64,000 nucleotides of DNA from an uncultured Holophagales bacterium (GTDB lineage: Bacteria > Acidobacteriota > Thermoanaerobaculia > Multivoradales > UBA5704): NCBI GenBank assembly GCA_963842525.1, contig CAWJGT010000004.1, forward strand, positions 32,001 to 96,000. Direction: 5' to 3'. Under the pieces are notes generated by a model that was not told where the DNA came from, did no database searches, and was given only the letters and a program-made list of their open reading frames with translations. Within the stretch, counting starts at the first letter, position 1, and every line of letters starts with the position of its first letter. This document shows positions 42,828-53,051 of the stretch, piece after piece. The position numbers were made by a program, and so were the translations under genes.

Positions 42828-43298
42828 CTACGGCTGACTGGCGGGCGGCGTGGTCTGCGGGGGCAGTGCCGGGGAGCCCTCCAGGCTGCGGATGTCGGTC
42901 ACGAAATACTGGGTCTCCCCGAAGCAGGAGGTGGGGACCCCCTTGTGCTGCTCGTAGTGCATGGTGACGCGCTGGCCCATGGTCTGGTTGATGCGCTCGG
43001 CCACGGCGTCGTCGCGCACGCTGAAGGTGAAGATCTGGGGCATGGCCCCGGGGAGGTTGACCATGGCCAACTCCCCCTCCCAGGTCTTGCAGATCCAACC
43101 CTTCTTCGAAAACTTCTGGACGTAGCCCGCGCGTTCCCCGTCGGCATAGCTGTAGCTCAGGGCGATCCAGGAGTAGAGAAAAACCCCGCCGACGGCGACG
43201 AGGAGCAGCAGGACGAGAAAGAAGACGGCCTTGCCGCAGCCGCGGCGGCGGGGCCGGGAAGTCTGCGGTGCACCGGGCGCAACGGCCGGGTCGGTCAT
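42828..43298 (-). CDS. conserved single-TM hypothetical protein
   Basis: GERAGYVQKFSKKGWICKTWEGEL...CFGETQYFV. Confidence 0.8.
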   Translation of the reverse strand: MTDPAVAPGAPQTSRPRRRGCGKAVFFLVLLLLVAVGGVFLYSWIALSYSYADGERAGYVQKFSKKGWICKTWEGELAMVNLPGAMPQIFTFSVRDDAVAERINQTMGQRVTMHYEQHKGVPTSCFGETQYFVTDIRSLEGSPALPPQTTPPASQP

Positions 43299-43367
43299 GG
43301 GTAATCCTCCCGGGCCGGTATTTTTTCACAGATCGGGGTATTCTGGTCTGAGCGGAGGGAGAGAGCC

Positions 43368-43946
43368 ATGGCCGTCCAGACCAAGCCCACGCGGACCTAC
43401 CTGACCGCCGACGAGTATTTGGCCCTCGAGCGGAGCTCTGAGGAGAGGCACGAATACCTCGACGGCGAGATGCTGGCCATGACCGGGGGGAGTTGGGAGC
43501 ACAGCCTGATCATCAGCAATCTCGTCGCCGAGCTGAAGCAGCGGCTGCGGGGCGGCCCTTGTAAGGTCCACGCCAGCGAGATGCGGATCCGCGTCCCCTC
43601 CGGAGACTGTAGCTACCCGGACGTCGTGGTCGTCTGCGGACCTCCTCGCTTCGCAGACGAGCGGCGCGACACGGTGCTCAACCCCACGCTCCTCATCGAG
43701 GTGCTCTCTCCCTCCACGGAGTCCTATGACCGGGGACGGAAGTCCGAGGGCTACCGGACCCTGGAGTCCCTGCAGGAATACGTCCTCGCCGCGCAGGACC
43801 GGCCCTCGATCGAGAGGTACCTGCGCCAGGAGAACGGCTTCTGGCTCCTTTCGGATATCGCCGGTCTCGACAGGAGCCTTCCGCTCGCCTCGCTCGGGTG
43901 CGAGCTGCCCCTGACCGTCATCTACGACGGCGTCGAATTCCCCTGA
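43368..43946 (+). CDS. Uma2 family endonuclease
   Basis: RHEYLDGE, YPDVVVVC, IEVLSPSTESYDRG. Confidence 0.92.
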   Translation: MAVQTKPTRTYLTADEYLALERSSEERHEYLDGEMLAMTGGSWEHSLIISNLVAELKQRLRGGPCKVHASEMRIRVPSGDCSYPDVVVVCGPPRFADERRDTVLNPTLLIEVLSPSTESYDRGRKSEGYRTLESLQEYVLAAQDRPSIERYLRQENGFWLLSDIAGLDRSLPLASLGCELPLTVIYDGVEFP

Positions 43947-46469
43947 TCATCCCCTCTTGCGCACCCGGAACGCTGCCACCGCCAGCGGCTTGGGGTCGGG
44001 GAGCGCGGCGGCCATGCGCTGGATGACCTTGTTCCAACTCGCCTGGCCGGTCCACTTCTTGGGATCGATGGGCTCGGTTTCCAGGGATTCCCGGGTCAGC
44101 AGCTTGGCGAGATCCGGACGGAGCCGGCCCTTGCCGTCGACGGCGACCACCTCGAAGTCGGGGCCCCGCCGGTAGAGGGCGAGGAGGCCGAAGACCTCCT
44201 TGTCGCCGGGCACCTGGAGGAGGGCCACCCGGCCGCGCGGGCCCTCTTCGAGCTCGGCGAGGACCCCTTCGATGAGGGGATGGCCGGTGGCGAAGAAATC
44301 CAGCGTCTCCCTGACGACCGCCTCCTCGCGGTCGAAGGTGCCCAGCCAGCGCGAGCCCGGCGGGATGCCGGGGAGGTGGTCCAGCAGCGCCTCGTAGCCG
44401 AACTCGATCAGCCAGGTCCGCCGTCCGCTCTGCTCGTCCGTGTCGAATCCGAAGCGGTGGAGGGCCCGCATCACCACGTCCTCGTTGAGACGGTCGAGGT
44501 CGGGCGGCACGCGGGCCAGGATTTCCGGCACCATCCCGGGGCGGAACGGGTCGCGGTGCAGCTCGTGGAAGGCGGCCTGCCGCACCCGGTCGTGCGCCTC
44601 CTGCGCTTCGCGCAGCACGTCCGCGAAGGCCGCCGGGTCCGGGTCTTCGGACCCGTGCAGGGCTTCCCGCTCGACCGCCCGGGCGACGTGGCGCAGCTCC
44701 CGCTCAAGGCCCCCCAGCGGCTCTTCGAAAAGGCCGATGGCCTCGTGGAGGTTGGCGACGGTCCTTCCGAGGCCCGCCGGCGGGCGGAAGTAGAGGATCT
44801 CGGTCGGGATCGTGCGGCCGATGCGGTCGAGCCGGCCGATCCGCTGCTCGACGACCGCCGGGTTCCATGGCAGGTCGAAGAGGATGAGCCGGCGGCAGAA
44901 CTCGAAGTTGCGTCCTTCGCCGCCCGCTTCTGTTGAAATCAGCAGGCCCGGCCCTTCGGGGAGGCGGAACTGCGCCACCTCGATGTCCCGCCGTTCCGCG
45001 GGGAGCCCCTCGTGGAAGAGGCCGACCCGGGCGCGGCCGGTGCGTTCGATCTCCCCCTTGAGCCGGTCCAGGGTCTCGCGGTGGGCGACGAAGATCAGGG
45101 TCTTCTCGCCGGCCTGCTGCCAGCGCGCCGCCTGTTCCACGAGCCAGCGGACCCGGGGATCGGAACGGTCCGCCTCGGCGGCCAGCTCGGCTGTAGAGGG
45201 GTCGTCCCGGTCGAGGACCGGCAGGAGGGCCGCGGGCGAGGCGAGGGCACGCACGATGCGGTCGGCCTTCCTCTTCTCGGCCACCGGACCTTCGGCCGGC
45301 ATCTCCCGCATCCGCTGTTCGAGACGGCGCAGGGCCTCCCAGCCTGGAGGGTCGTCGATCTCCACCGGGGCCGGCACCCGCGGCGGCAGGCCCCCGATGT
45401 CGGCGCGGCGGGTGGCGCTGGTGCAGGGAGGGAGGGGCTCGCGGCGGGCCAGCCGCTCCTCGAAGGACTCGCGCTCCGGAAACTCCTCGGGGCGGAGGAG
45501 CTGGAGCAGGCGGAAGAAGCCGTGCGCGTCGTCCTCCAGCGGCGTGGCGGTGAGCAGCAGCACGTGCCGGCCGAGGGCCGCGGTCGGCGCCACGGCGCGG
45601 TATTCGGGGCTGCCGGGATGGCCGGGCTGCCGCCGCAGGTGGTGCGCCTCGTCGACGACCAGCAGGTCGATTCCCGCCTCGGCCGCCTGCTCGGCAAGCC
45701 GCCGGCGCGCGGCGAGCAGCTCCAGCGAGACGATGGACCGCCGGTGGACCTCGAACGGGTTCATGTCCGGCCCGTAGTCGCGGGCCACGTCGGCCAGGCG
45801 CTTCTCGTCCATCAGCACGAAAATCTGGTGATATTTGCGCCACAGCTCGCCGAGCCACTGGAGGGTCAGGGTCTCGGGGGCGACGACCAGGGTGCGGTCC
45901 GCCCGGCCGGTGTAGAGGAGCCGGTTCATGATGAGGCAGGCCTCGACCGTCTTGCCGAGGCCGACCTCGTCGGCGAGGAGCCAGCGCACCGGGTCGCTGT
46001 GGCACGCTCGCTCGGCCGCGTAGAGCTGGTGAGGGAAGAGCTGGATGCGCCCGCCGAGGAACGAGCCGAGGCCGTCGGCCTCGCGCAGGCGCAGCAGGCG
46101 AAGCCCGTCGAGCCGGTTTGCGAAGTCCTCGAAGGCGTCGACCTGCCCGCGGCCCAGGCGCTCCAACGGCGACAGCTCGACCGGCAACGGCCAGAGGTCG
46201 TCGATCGAAACGTCCCGCCCATCGGCGAGCCGGCAGATCCCGCGCGCGCAGGCTTCGACGACCACGGTGTCGCCATCCGGAGCGAGTCGGGCGCGGCTTC
46301 CCGGCGCCAGGGTGAAGGGGATGAGCGCGTTGGAGCTGGAGGCCAGGCTCAGGCTCTGGCCGGCCTGCGGGAAGTCCACCACGACCGTCCGGCCGCTGAT
46401 CTCCCGCACCACGCCGGGGCCGAGCTCGGGGTTGAAACGATGGGTGAGGCGGTCGCCAGGGTGCCACAT
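43947..46469 (-). CDS. RapA/HepA-like SNF2 helicase
   Basis: LLADEVGLGKT, DEAHH, LTATP, EGRNF, EQRIGRLDRIG. Confidence 0.88.
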   Translation of the reverse strand: MWHPGDRLTHRFNPELGPGVVREISGRTVVVDFPQAGQSLSLASSSNALIPFTLAPGSRARLAPDGDTVVVEACARGICRLADGRDVSIDDLWPLPVELSPLERLGRGQVDAFEDFANRLDGLRLLRLREADGLGSFLGGRIQLFPHQLYAAERACHSDPVRWLLADEVGLGKTVEACLIMNRLLYTGRADRTLVVAPETLTLQWLGELWRKYHQIFVLMDEKRLADVARDYGPDMNPFEVHRRSIVSLELLAARRRLAEQAAEAGIDLLVVDEAHHLRRQPGHPGSPEYRAVAPTAALGRHVLLLTATPLEDDAHGFFRLLQLLRPEEFPERESFEERLARREPLPPCTSATRRADIGGLPPRVPAPVEIDDPPGWEALRRLEQRMREMPAEGPVAEKRKADRIVRALASPAALLPVLDRDDPSTAELAAEADRSDPRVRWLVEQAARWQQAGEKTLIFVAHRETLDRLKGEIERTGRARVGLFHEGLPAERRDIEVAQFRLPEGPGLLISTEAGGEGRNFEFCRRLILFDLPWNPAVVEQRIGRLDRIGRTIPTEILYFRPPAGLGRTVANLHEAIGLFEEPLGGLERELRHVARAVEREALHGSEDPDPAAFADVLREAQEAHDRVRQAAFHELHRDPFRPGMVPEILARVPPDLDRLNEDVVMRALHRFGFDTDEQSGRRTWLIEFGYEALLDHLPGIPPGSRWLGTFDREEAVVRETLDFFATGHPLIEGVLAELEEGPRGRVALLQVPGDKEVFGLLALYRRGPDFEVVAVDGKGRLRPDLAKLLTRESLETEPIDPKKWTGQASWNKVIQRMAAALPDPKPLAVAAFRVRKRG

Positions 46470-46563
46470 GCGGGGGGCATTGTAGCGGGAGAAGACCCTC
46501 ACCCCTTGTTGTCCCCTCCCTGGTGCGGCCCTACCCAGCCGAGACAGCTCTGGATACAGAGAG

Positions 46564-46592
46564 TTGACTTTGCGATAATGCGCACCTATTCT
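46564..46592 (+). promoter_or_regulatory. sigma70-like promoter
   Basis: TTGACT-17 nt-TATTCT, 24 nt upstream of ATG 46616. Confidence 0.55.
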
Positions 46593-46615
46593 AGGGTCGT
46601 TTTTGTGAATCTTCT

Positions 46616-47278
46616 ATGAGGCCATCTGAACCGATGCGCGAGCCAGGGGAGACCGATGGCGGGCTGGGCCGTCCGGCAGAAGGCTGGCAACTTCGACGCG
46701 GGCCGGCTCTCGTGCTAGCCGGACTGTGCCTGACCTTGGCCGTCGCAAACTTTGCGCTGCTGCTCCAGAATCAAGAGCTCAAGCGTCTGCTGGCCGCTGC
46801 TCGGCTCTCCGCACAGCTCGCGCCGGGTGATCGGCTTCCTGTGCTGCGCGGCCAGAACCTGAAGGGGACCCCCTCGACCGTGGACTTTCACGGGCCGCGG
46901 AAGACCGTTTTACTGCTCCTTTCCCCTCGCTGCGGATGGTGCATCGAGAACATGGACAACTGGCTCGCACTCACCCGGGGGCTCGACCGAAGAAAGTACG
47001 ACTTCCTGGTGTTGTCGCTCCTCGACGAAGGTCTGGACGAGTACGTTGCGCTGCAGAGGCTTACGGACCTTCCGGTTGTCACCCGTGTCGATCTCCAGTC
47101 CGACGTGGCCCTAAAACTGGTCACAACGCCCCAGACCCTGGTTGTCTCTCCCGGAGGGGTTGTGGAGCAGGTCTGGATTGGGGCACTGCATGGTCCCAGC
47201 CTCAGGGCTGCGGAGAGCTATTTCGGTGTTCAACTTCCTGGGATTCGCCATCCCGGGTTGCTGGCTGGCGCGAGCTAG
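46616..47278 (+). CDS. membrane-anchored thioredoxin-fold redoxin (TlpA/ResA-like)
   Basis: N-terminal TM, SPRCGWC active site, TTPQT cis-Pro loop. Confidence 0.8.
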   Translation: MRPSEPMREPGETDGGLGRPAEGWQLRRGPALVLAGLCLTLAVANFALLLQNQELKRLLAAARLSAQLAPGDRLPVLRGQNLKGTPSTVDFHGPRKTVLLLLSPRCGWCIENMDNWLALTRGLDRRKYDFLVLSLLDEGLDEYVALQRLTDLPVVTRVDLQSDVALKLVTTPQTLVVSPGGVVEQVWIGALHGPSLRAAESYFGVQLPGIRHPGLLAGAS

Positions 47279-47398
47279 CGCCAGAGTTAGCTCGTCAGGC
47301 AGCAAAGATATCTCGCTCAGTGGGTGACTTGTGCCGCGACAGAGGTAAACAGCCACACCATGAGCGTCAACGTTAGTCTGTCTCGAAAGGAGAAAAAA

Positions 47399-47659
47399 AT
47401 GCGAACCAGGGTCCACCGCGGTTTCCAGATGCTGGTCCTTCTCCTGGCAACGATGATCGCCCTGACCGGTCTACAGCTCTTCGGAGGGCTTCCGGACGCG
47501 GGAGCCGAAGCTGCAATGGCCTGCCAAGGCCTCAGGTGCACGACAAAGAGCGACTGTGGCAGCTATTGCTTCTGCAACAATCCCGACGGCGGGCAGGGGA
47601 AAGGGACGTGCTTCTGGGACACGCCACCGCCGCATGACGAACTCCCGATTCTTGAGTAG
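47399..47659 (+). CDS. secreted 6-Cys peptide (86 aa precursor)
   Basis: AAGGAG RBS; signal-like N-terminus; CQGLRCTTKSDCGSYCFCNNPDGGQGKGTC. Confidence 0.8.
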   Translation: MRTRVHRGFQMLVLLLATMIALTGLQLFGGLPDAGAEAAMACQGLRCTTKSDCGSYCFCNNPDGGQGKGTCFWDTPPPHDELPILE

Positions 47660-47743
47660 GTAGGCTTCCGTTCCTCTGTCGCGGCCTTTCAACCTCTTGA
47701 AGTTCTTCGGCTCGAACGGGCCGCGATGGCGGTGTCGCGCTCC

Positions 47744-48811
47744 CTAGGCGGTGAGGGCCTCCAGCCTTTCATCGAGCACCGCGTACAGCCGCTCGTTGCC
47801 GTCCTGCTCGTAGGTGGCCAGACGCTCCTTGCAAGCGGGGATGGCATCCAGAAAGCGCCGGACCACTGCGGGATCGTCGAGCGACGCGGCGTACTGGCCG
47901 TAGCCGAGGCGCTCGAGCCAGCGGGCGTTGAGGACCTGTTCTGGCTGCTTGTCGACCGGCGCCGAGAGCAGCGGCTTGCGCAGGTAGACGGCCTCGCCCA
48001 TCACCGTGAAGCTGCCGCCGGCGATCACCGCCCGCGCAGAGGCCAGGTCGGCGATGAAGCCGGCCTCGTCGAACGGGCGATAGCGCAGGCTCCCTTCGAC
48101 CTGTTCCTCCGCGATCCCGCGGCGCATGCCGTAGATCCGGCACTCTAGCCCCGTGGCGGTAAGGGTGCGGGCGAGCCTGGTGTTGCCCTCGGCCGTCTGG
48201 TAGACCAGCAGGTGGTCGCCACGAGAAGGCTGCGCCGCGAGGATCTCCGGCCGCAGGATCGGCTGCACCAGGGTCGTCCGCGGCCTGCGGACCTCGGGGA
48301 AGAAGAAGGTCGTAATGACGTAGTGATGGCAGAAGGGGAGCTTGCTGCGGATGAAGGTGCGGGCGAGCCGGAAGTCCATCTCGTGCCCGGCGAGCACCTC
48401 CGGCGGATGGACGCACCGGTTGACGATCTGCATGTTGTCGATCGACAGGATCGGCAGGCCGTGCGCCTTGCCATAGATATAGGTCCAGGAGTCGAAGTCG
48501 CTGAGCACAGCGTCCGGGGAGAAGCGGCGGATGAGGTCGAAATAGGCCGAGACGTTCTCGGGGATGCCTCCGGCCCCGGCGATCAGGTTCGAGCCGATCG
48601 TGGCCGCGAGCTGCATCCGGTTCTCCTGGTAGACGATATGAAGACCATGGATGCGCCCGGTGCGCCCGAACCGCTTGTCCAGGAAATCCGCGGCCCGGCC
48701 CGAAGCCATGATCTCCACCTCGTGCCCTCGCGCCAGCAGCCGCTCGATCACCACCCGCGACCGCACCGCGTGCCCCATCCCCTCGCCGACCACGCCGTAG
48801 AGGATCTTCAT
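47744..48811 (-). CDS. glycosyltransferase, MJ1255/VC2487 family (GT-B)
   Basis: MKILYGVVGEGMGHAVRS, SIDN, GEAVYLRKP, EQVLNA. Confidence 0.88.
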   Translation of the reverse strand: MKILYGVVGEGMGHAVRSRVVIERLLARGHEVEIMASGRAADFLDKRFGRTGRIHGLHIVYQENRMQLAATIGSNLIAGAGGIPENVSAYFDLIRRFSPDAVLSDFDSWTYIYGKAHGLPILSIDNMQIVNRCVHPPEVLAGHEMDFRLARTFIRSKLPFCHHYVITTFFFPEVRRPRTTLVQPILRPEILAAQPSRGDHLLVYQTAEGNTRLARTLTATGLECRIYGMRRGIAEEQVEGSLRYRPFDEAGFIADLASARAVIAGGSFTVMGEAVYLRKPLLSAPVDKQPEQVLNARWLERLGYGQYAASLDDPAVVRRFLDAIPACKERLATYEQDGNERLYAVLDERLEALTA

Positions 48812-49020
48812 GGCGAGGGAGTGTAGCGGAGGGCTCACGACACCCGCATCGGCCGTTGCGACCGCGACAAGTTCAACGGAGACGAGGCCGGTTTGCGGAG
48901 GCTCTGGGGTCTGGCGGACTGAAAGCGTGTCTGGAAATTCTCGCAGGCGGAGCCAAGCGTCCTCACCCCCGGTCCTCAACGTCTCGGATGTCCAGAAACG
49001 GGAGGGCGGGGGGAAAAGCC

Positions 49021-49207
49021 CCAACGGGGCTTCGGCGTAAAGCCTGGGGTTTCAACCCCAGGACAGCGGCCCGTTTTCACCTCAAGCCCCGAAGGGGCGG
49101 CGGCAGGGTGGTGGAGGTGCCTGCGTCCCTTCGGGACTTGAAAAGTCAAATGGCCCTTCACCTGGGGTTGAAACCCCAGGCTTTATGCCTGCGCCCCCCT
49201 CCGGGGG
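49021..49207. repeat. inverted REP pair (REPIN/BIME-like)
   Basis: AAAGCCTGGGGTTTCAACCCCAGG (49039-49062) and its reverse complement (49161-49184). Confidence 0.8.
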
Positions 49208-49228
49208 CTCTCCATAAGATGTCGCCCC

Positions 49229-49393
49229 TCAGAATTCGGGCCATGCGGCAGAGTCTTCCCGCATCCCTTCTTCGGCCAAGCTCTGCTCGAACCGAGGATC
49301 CAACCTTGCGCACTCCCGAGCGAGCCGGCTCTGCTCCGGCTTCTTCTTCAGGGCCTCTCCTTCGATCGGTTTACCTTTTCTTGGGGAGCTCAT
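49229..49393 (-). CDS. truncated antitoxin-like peptide
   Basis: RLARECARLDPRFEQSLAEEG...WPEF resembles the C-terminus of CopG/RHH antitoxins; no RHH domain present. Confidence 0.55.
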   Translation of the reverse strand: MSSPRKGKPIEGEALKKKPEQSRLARECARLDPRFEQSLAEEGMREDSAAWPEF

Positions 49394-49435
49394 AGGGCGG
49401 CGCCATGCTAGCAGGGCGGCTAGGATATACCTTCC

Positions 49436-50278
49436 ATGCCCACCCTCCTCTGCCCGGTCCGCGATTGCGGCCTTCCCCTGGAACGAACGGAGCGGGCGTG
49501 GCAATGCCCGCAGGGACACTCGTTCGATATCGCCCGCAGCGGCTACACGAACCTGCTTCAGCCGCAGGACCGGCGCTCGAAGCAGCCGGGCGACCCGCCG
49601 GAGGCTGCGTTCGCTCGGCGGCGCCTTCTGGGTGCAGGTTACGGCGACTTCCTTCTGCGCGCCCTTCTGGAGGCATTCGACTCGCTTCCGCTCCCGCCCC
49701 AGCCGGCCGTCCTCGACGTGGGCTGCGGCGAGGGGTACTACCTCGGCTCGCTCGCCCAGGAGCGGGAGGTCGAGGCCTGGGGGATCGATCTGTCCGTGCC
49801 GGCCATCGACCTCGCGGCCCGGCGTTGGCCCGGAGTGGGCTGGCTGGTGGTCAATGCCGATCGCCGGCTGCCCTGGGCCGATAGCTCCTTCGACCTGGTC
49901 CTGTCGCTCACCGCGCGCCGCAACGCTCCGGAATTCCGCCGGGTCCTGACCCCCGAGGGCCGGCTGCTGGTCGCGATCCCCGGGGAGGACGACCTCGTCG
50001 AGCTACGCGCGGCCGTGCAGGGCGAAAAGGTCTTGCGCAGCCGCCTCGAAGGGGCGGTCGCCGCGTTCTCGGAAGACTTCGAGCTGGCGGAGCACCGTCC
50101 ACTGCGACATCAGACGCATTTCGATGCCGCGGCGGTCCGCGACCTCCTGGCCTCGACCTACCGCGGCGCGCGGGAAAGCGAGCGCCGGCGGGCCGAGGGG
50201 CTTGGGGAGATGGAGGTGACACAGAGCCTGGAGCTGCTTCTCTTCCGGCCTGTGCAACACCTCACACCCGGACGGTGA
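49436..50278 (+). CDS. rlmA: RlmA-like SAM-dependent rRNA methyltransferase
   Basis: CPV..C, CPQGHSFDIARSGY zinc finger; LDVGCGEGYY. Confidence 0.8.
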   Translation: MPTLLCPVRDCGLPLERTERAWQCPQGHSFDIARSGYTNLLQPQDRRSKQPGDPPEAAFARRRLLGAGYGDFLLRALLEAFDSLPLPPQPAVLDVGCGEGYYLGSLAQEREVEAWGIDLSVPAIDLAARRWPGVGWLVVNADRRLPWADSSFDLVLSLTARRNAPEFRRVLTPEGRLLVAIPGEDDLVELRAAVQGEKVLRSRLEGAVAAFSEDFELAEHRPLRHQTHFDAAAVRDLLASTYRGARESERRRAEGLGEMEVTQSLELLLFRPVQHLTPGR

Positions 50279-50362
50279 CCCACCTCACAGACAGCCGCAG
50301 CCCCCGTAGTCAAGGATGCTGGAAAGGTTTCGCAGCGTTCATCCGGAGAAAGGGAAAAGGCC

Positions 50363-53041
50363 ATGGAGGAGACCGGCTCTAACGTCCGGCGGTGCACCCT
50401 GCGGTGGCTGCTGCCGGGATTCCTGGCGCTCGTCGGCGCCACGTCCCTCCAGGCCGCGGGCACGGCCTTCTATACGGTGACGCCCTGCCGGATCATCGAC
50501 ACCCGCAACGCCGCCGGGCCGCTCGGCGGACCCGCGCTCGGCCCGAACCAGACCCGGTCTCTCGCCTCGGCCAGCCGGTGCGGTGTGTCGACCTCGGCCA
50601 CGGCGGTGGCCGTCAACGTCACGGTCGTCTCGCCGGCGCAGAGCGGACATCTGACCCTGGCTCCCACCGGCATCCCCAAGCCGAACACAACGACGATCAA
50701 TTTCCGCGCCGGCCAGGTGCGTGCCAACAATGCGATCCTGCCGCTGGGCGCGGCAGGCGGGCTGACCGTCTATTCCAGCTCGCCTGGCGACGTCCATCTG
50801 GTGGTCGACGTCAACGGCTATTTCGCCGACCCGGTCCTCGAAGCGACGACCGTGGCGCGGCCCGCGTTCAACCCGCCGCCCGGAAGCTACACCGGCGAGC
50901 AGGTGGTCGAGGTCGTGACCAGCACGCCCGGCGCGCAGATCCGCTACACCACGGACGGCTCGGCGCCGTCGCGCACGCACGGCACGCTCTACTCCGGGCT
51001 GCTCACGCTCACCGGCAACACGGACCTGCGGGCGATCGCCTGGAAGGACGGGCTGGCCGACAGCGCCGTCACCCAGGGCGCCTACTCCATCACCCGGCAG
51101 GAGACGCTCTTCCTCGCCACCCTGACGCCCCAGAGCGGCGCTCTCAGTCTGGCATCGGGCCAGGCGACGCTCCTGCTGGCCGCCGACGAGCAGACCGCGC
51201 TTCTCCAGGCGACCTGGTCGAACCTGAGCACACCCCTGACCGCAGCCCACATCCATGCGCCGGACGGCCAGATCATCTTCGACCTCGACACCGCGCCGTC
51301 CGGCCCGGACGGCTCCTGGGAGTGGACGATCGTGTCGGTAGGGACCTGGACGCGGGCGCAGATCCTGGCGGCGTTGCGGGCCGGGCAGTGCTACCTCAAT
51401 CTGCACACCGCCAACTATCCGAACGGCGAGATCAAGGGGTTCTTCCGCCTGAGCAGCGGCAGCACGGTCTTCACGCCACCGCCCCCGCCGCCGCCGCTGC
51501 CGTCCGGTCCGCCCAGCGCGGCCGACGCCGCCCGCTTCCTTGTCCAGGCGAGCTTCGGGCCGACGCCGCAGACGATCGCCACCGTGCAGTCCATGGGCTA
51601 TGCGCCGTGGATCGAGGACCAGTTTACGAAGCCCCGCATCGCGCACCTGACGTATGTCGATGCCTTGCCAGGGACCGACCTGCCGAGCGAGAACGCGCGG
51701 GAGTCGATCTGGAAACAGGCGATCCAGGGCAACGACCAGCTCCGCCAGCGGGTCGCCTGGGCGCTCTCCGAGATCTTCGTCATCTCCGATCGGGACGACG
51801 ACCTGACCGGCGTCGAGGCGACCGCGGTCTACATGGACCTGCTCGCTCGCAACTCCTTCGGCAACGTCCGGCAGCTCCTGGAGGACGTGACGCTCTCGCC
51901 GGCCATGGGCGCCTACCTCGACATGCTGGGCAACGACAAGGAGGACCCGGAGACCGGGCGCAAGCCCAATGAGAACTACGCGCGGGAGATCCTCCAGCTC
52001 TTCTCGATCGGGCTCTACAAGCTCCATCCCGACGGCTCCCTGCAGCTCAGCGCCCAGGGCCTGCCGATCCCGACCTACGGCCAGGAGACGGTCGAGGGCT
52101 TCGCCCAGGTCTTCACCGGCTGGACCTTCGCCGGCCAGAACCATGCCGAGGAGTGGCGGTTCTACTGGCCGGAGCGCGAATGGCGGAACCCCATGGAGGT
52201 GTGGCCGGAGCACCATTCGACGGGGACGAAGAGCCTCCTCGACGGTGTCCTCCTGCCGCCCGGGAGCCCGCAGAGCGACCTGGCGGCGGCCCACAACGCG
52301 GTCTTCCAGCACCCGAACATCGGACCGTTCCTCTGCCGCCAGCTCATGCAGCGGCTGGTGACGAGCAACCCGAGCCCGGCCTACATCTATCGCTGCGCCC
52401 AGGCCTTTGCCAACAACGGCCAGGGAATAAGGGGAGACATGAAGGCGGTGGTCCGCGCCATCCTCCTGGACTGGGAGGCGCGGAGCCCGGACGTCCTCTC
52501 GCAGCCGGGTTACGGCAAGGTGCGCGAGCCGATGATCCGGTTCGTGGCCTTGCTGCGCGCGATGAACGCCCAGCCGCCGGCCGACGGCCGCTTCCGCTAC
52601 TACTGGCAGTCGAGCGCCGAATGGGGCTTGAACCAGAGCCCGCTCCAGGCACCGACGGTGTTCAACTTCTTCGAGCCGACCTATGCCCAGCCGGGTCCGA
52701 TCGCGGACGCCGGACTGGTCTCCCCGGAGCTGCACATCATCAACGAGACCTCGGTCTTCGGCACCGCCAACTTCCTGCACGCCGTGCTCTTCGAGGGCTA
52801 TGCCGACGACCAGACCAACATCACCCTCAACTACTCGTACTTCACCAGCGCCGGGACCAACAACGCGGCCCTGCTCGACCGCGTCAACCTCGTCTTCTAT
52901 GCCGGCCGGATGGCGCCGGAGACGCGCACGATCTTCGCCGATGCGCTGGCCGACCCCGACTTCGAGACCAACCCGTTGGAGCGCGTGCAGACCCTGATCT
53001 GGCTGGTCAGCCTGTCGCCCGAATTCGCCGTCCAGAGATGA
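50363..53041 (+). CDS. secreted DUF1800 protein with Fn3-associated and CHRD domains
   Basis: IRYTTDGSAP; AAHIH...YLNLHTANYPNGEIKG; DQLRQRVAWALSEIFV, PNENYAREILQLFSIG. Confidence 0.9.
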   Translation: MEETGSNVRRCTLRWLLPGFLALVGATSLQAAGTAFYTVTPCRIIDTRNAAGPLGGPALGPNQTRSLASASRCGVSTSATAVAVNVTVVSPAQSGHLTLAPTGIPKPNTTTINFRAGQVRANNAILPLGAAGGLTVYSSSPGDVHLVVDVNGYFADPVLEATTVARPAFNPPPGSYTGEQVVEVVTSTPGAQIRYTTDGSAPSRTHGTLYSGLLTLTGNTDLRAIAWKDGLADSAVTQGAYSITRQETLFLATLTPQSGALSLASGQATLLLAADEQTALLQATWSNLSTPLTAAHIHAPDGQIIFDLDTAPSGPDGSWEWTIVSVGTWTRAQILAALRAGQCYLNLHTANYPNGEIKGFFRLSSGSTVFTPPPPPPPLPSGPPSAADAARFLVQASFGPTPQTIATVQSMGYAPWIEDQFTKPRIAHLTYVDALPGTDLPSENARESIWKQAIQGNDQLRQRVAWALSEIFVISDRDDDLTGVEATAVYMDLLARNSFGNVRQLLEDVTLSPAMGAYLDMLGNDKEDPETGRKPNENYAREILQLFSIGLYKLHPDGSLQLSAQGLPIPTYGQETVEGFAQVFTGWTFAGQNHAEEWRFYWPEREWRNPMEVWPEHHSTGTKSLLDGVLLPPGSPQSDLAAAHNAVFQHPNIGPFLCRQLMQRLVTSNPSPAYIYRCAQAFANNGQGIRGDMKAVVRAILLDWEARSPDVLSQPGYGKVREPMIRFVALLRAMNAQPPADGRFRYYWQSSAEWGLNQSPLQAPTVFNFFEPTYAQPGPIADAGLVSPELHIINETSVFGTANFLHAVLFEGYADDQTNITLNYSYFTSAGTNNAALLDRVNLVFYAGRMAPETRTIFADALADPDFETNPLERVQTLIWLVSLSPEFAVQR

Positions 53042-53051
53042 GGAGAGCCCG

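Noticed and set aside
47399-47659. Cys-rich peptide as the halogenase substrate, or LPDAG as a sortase signal
   Set aside because: It lies 20 kb away, has a Sec-type rather than RRE-type leader, and the motif is not followed by a C-terminal anchor. One Trp is not enough evidence.
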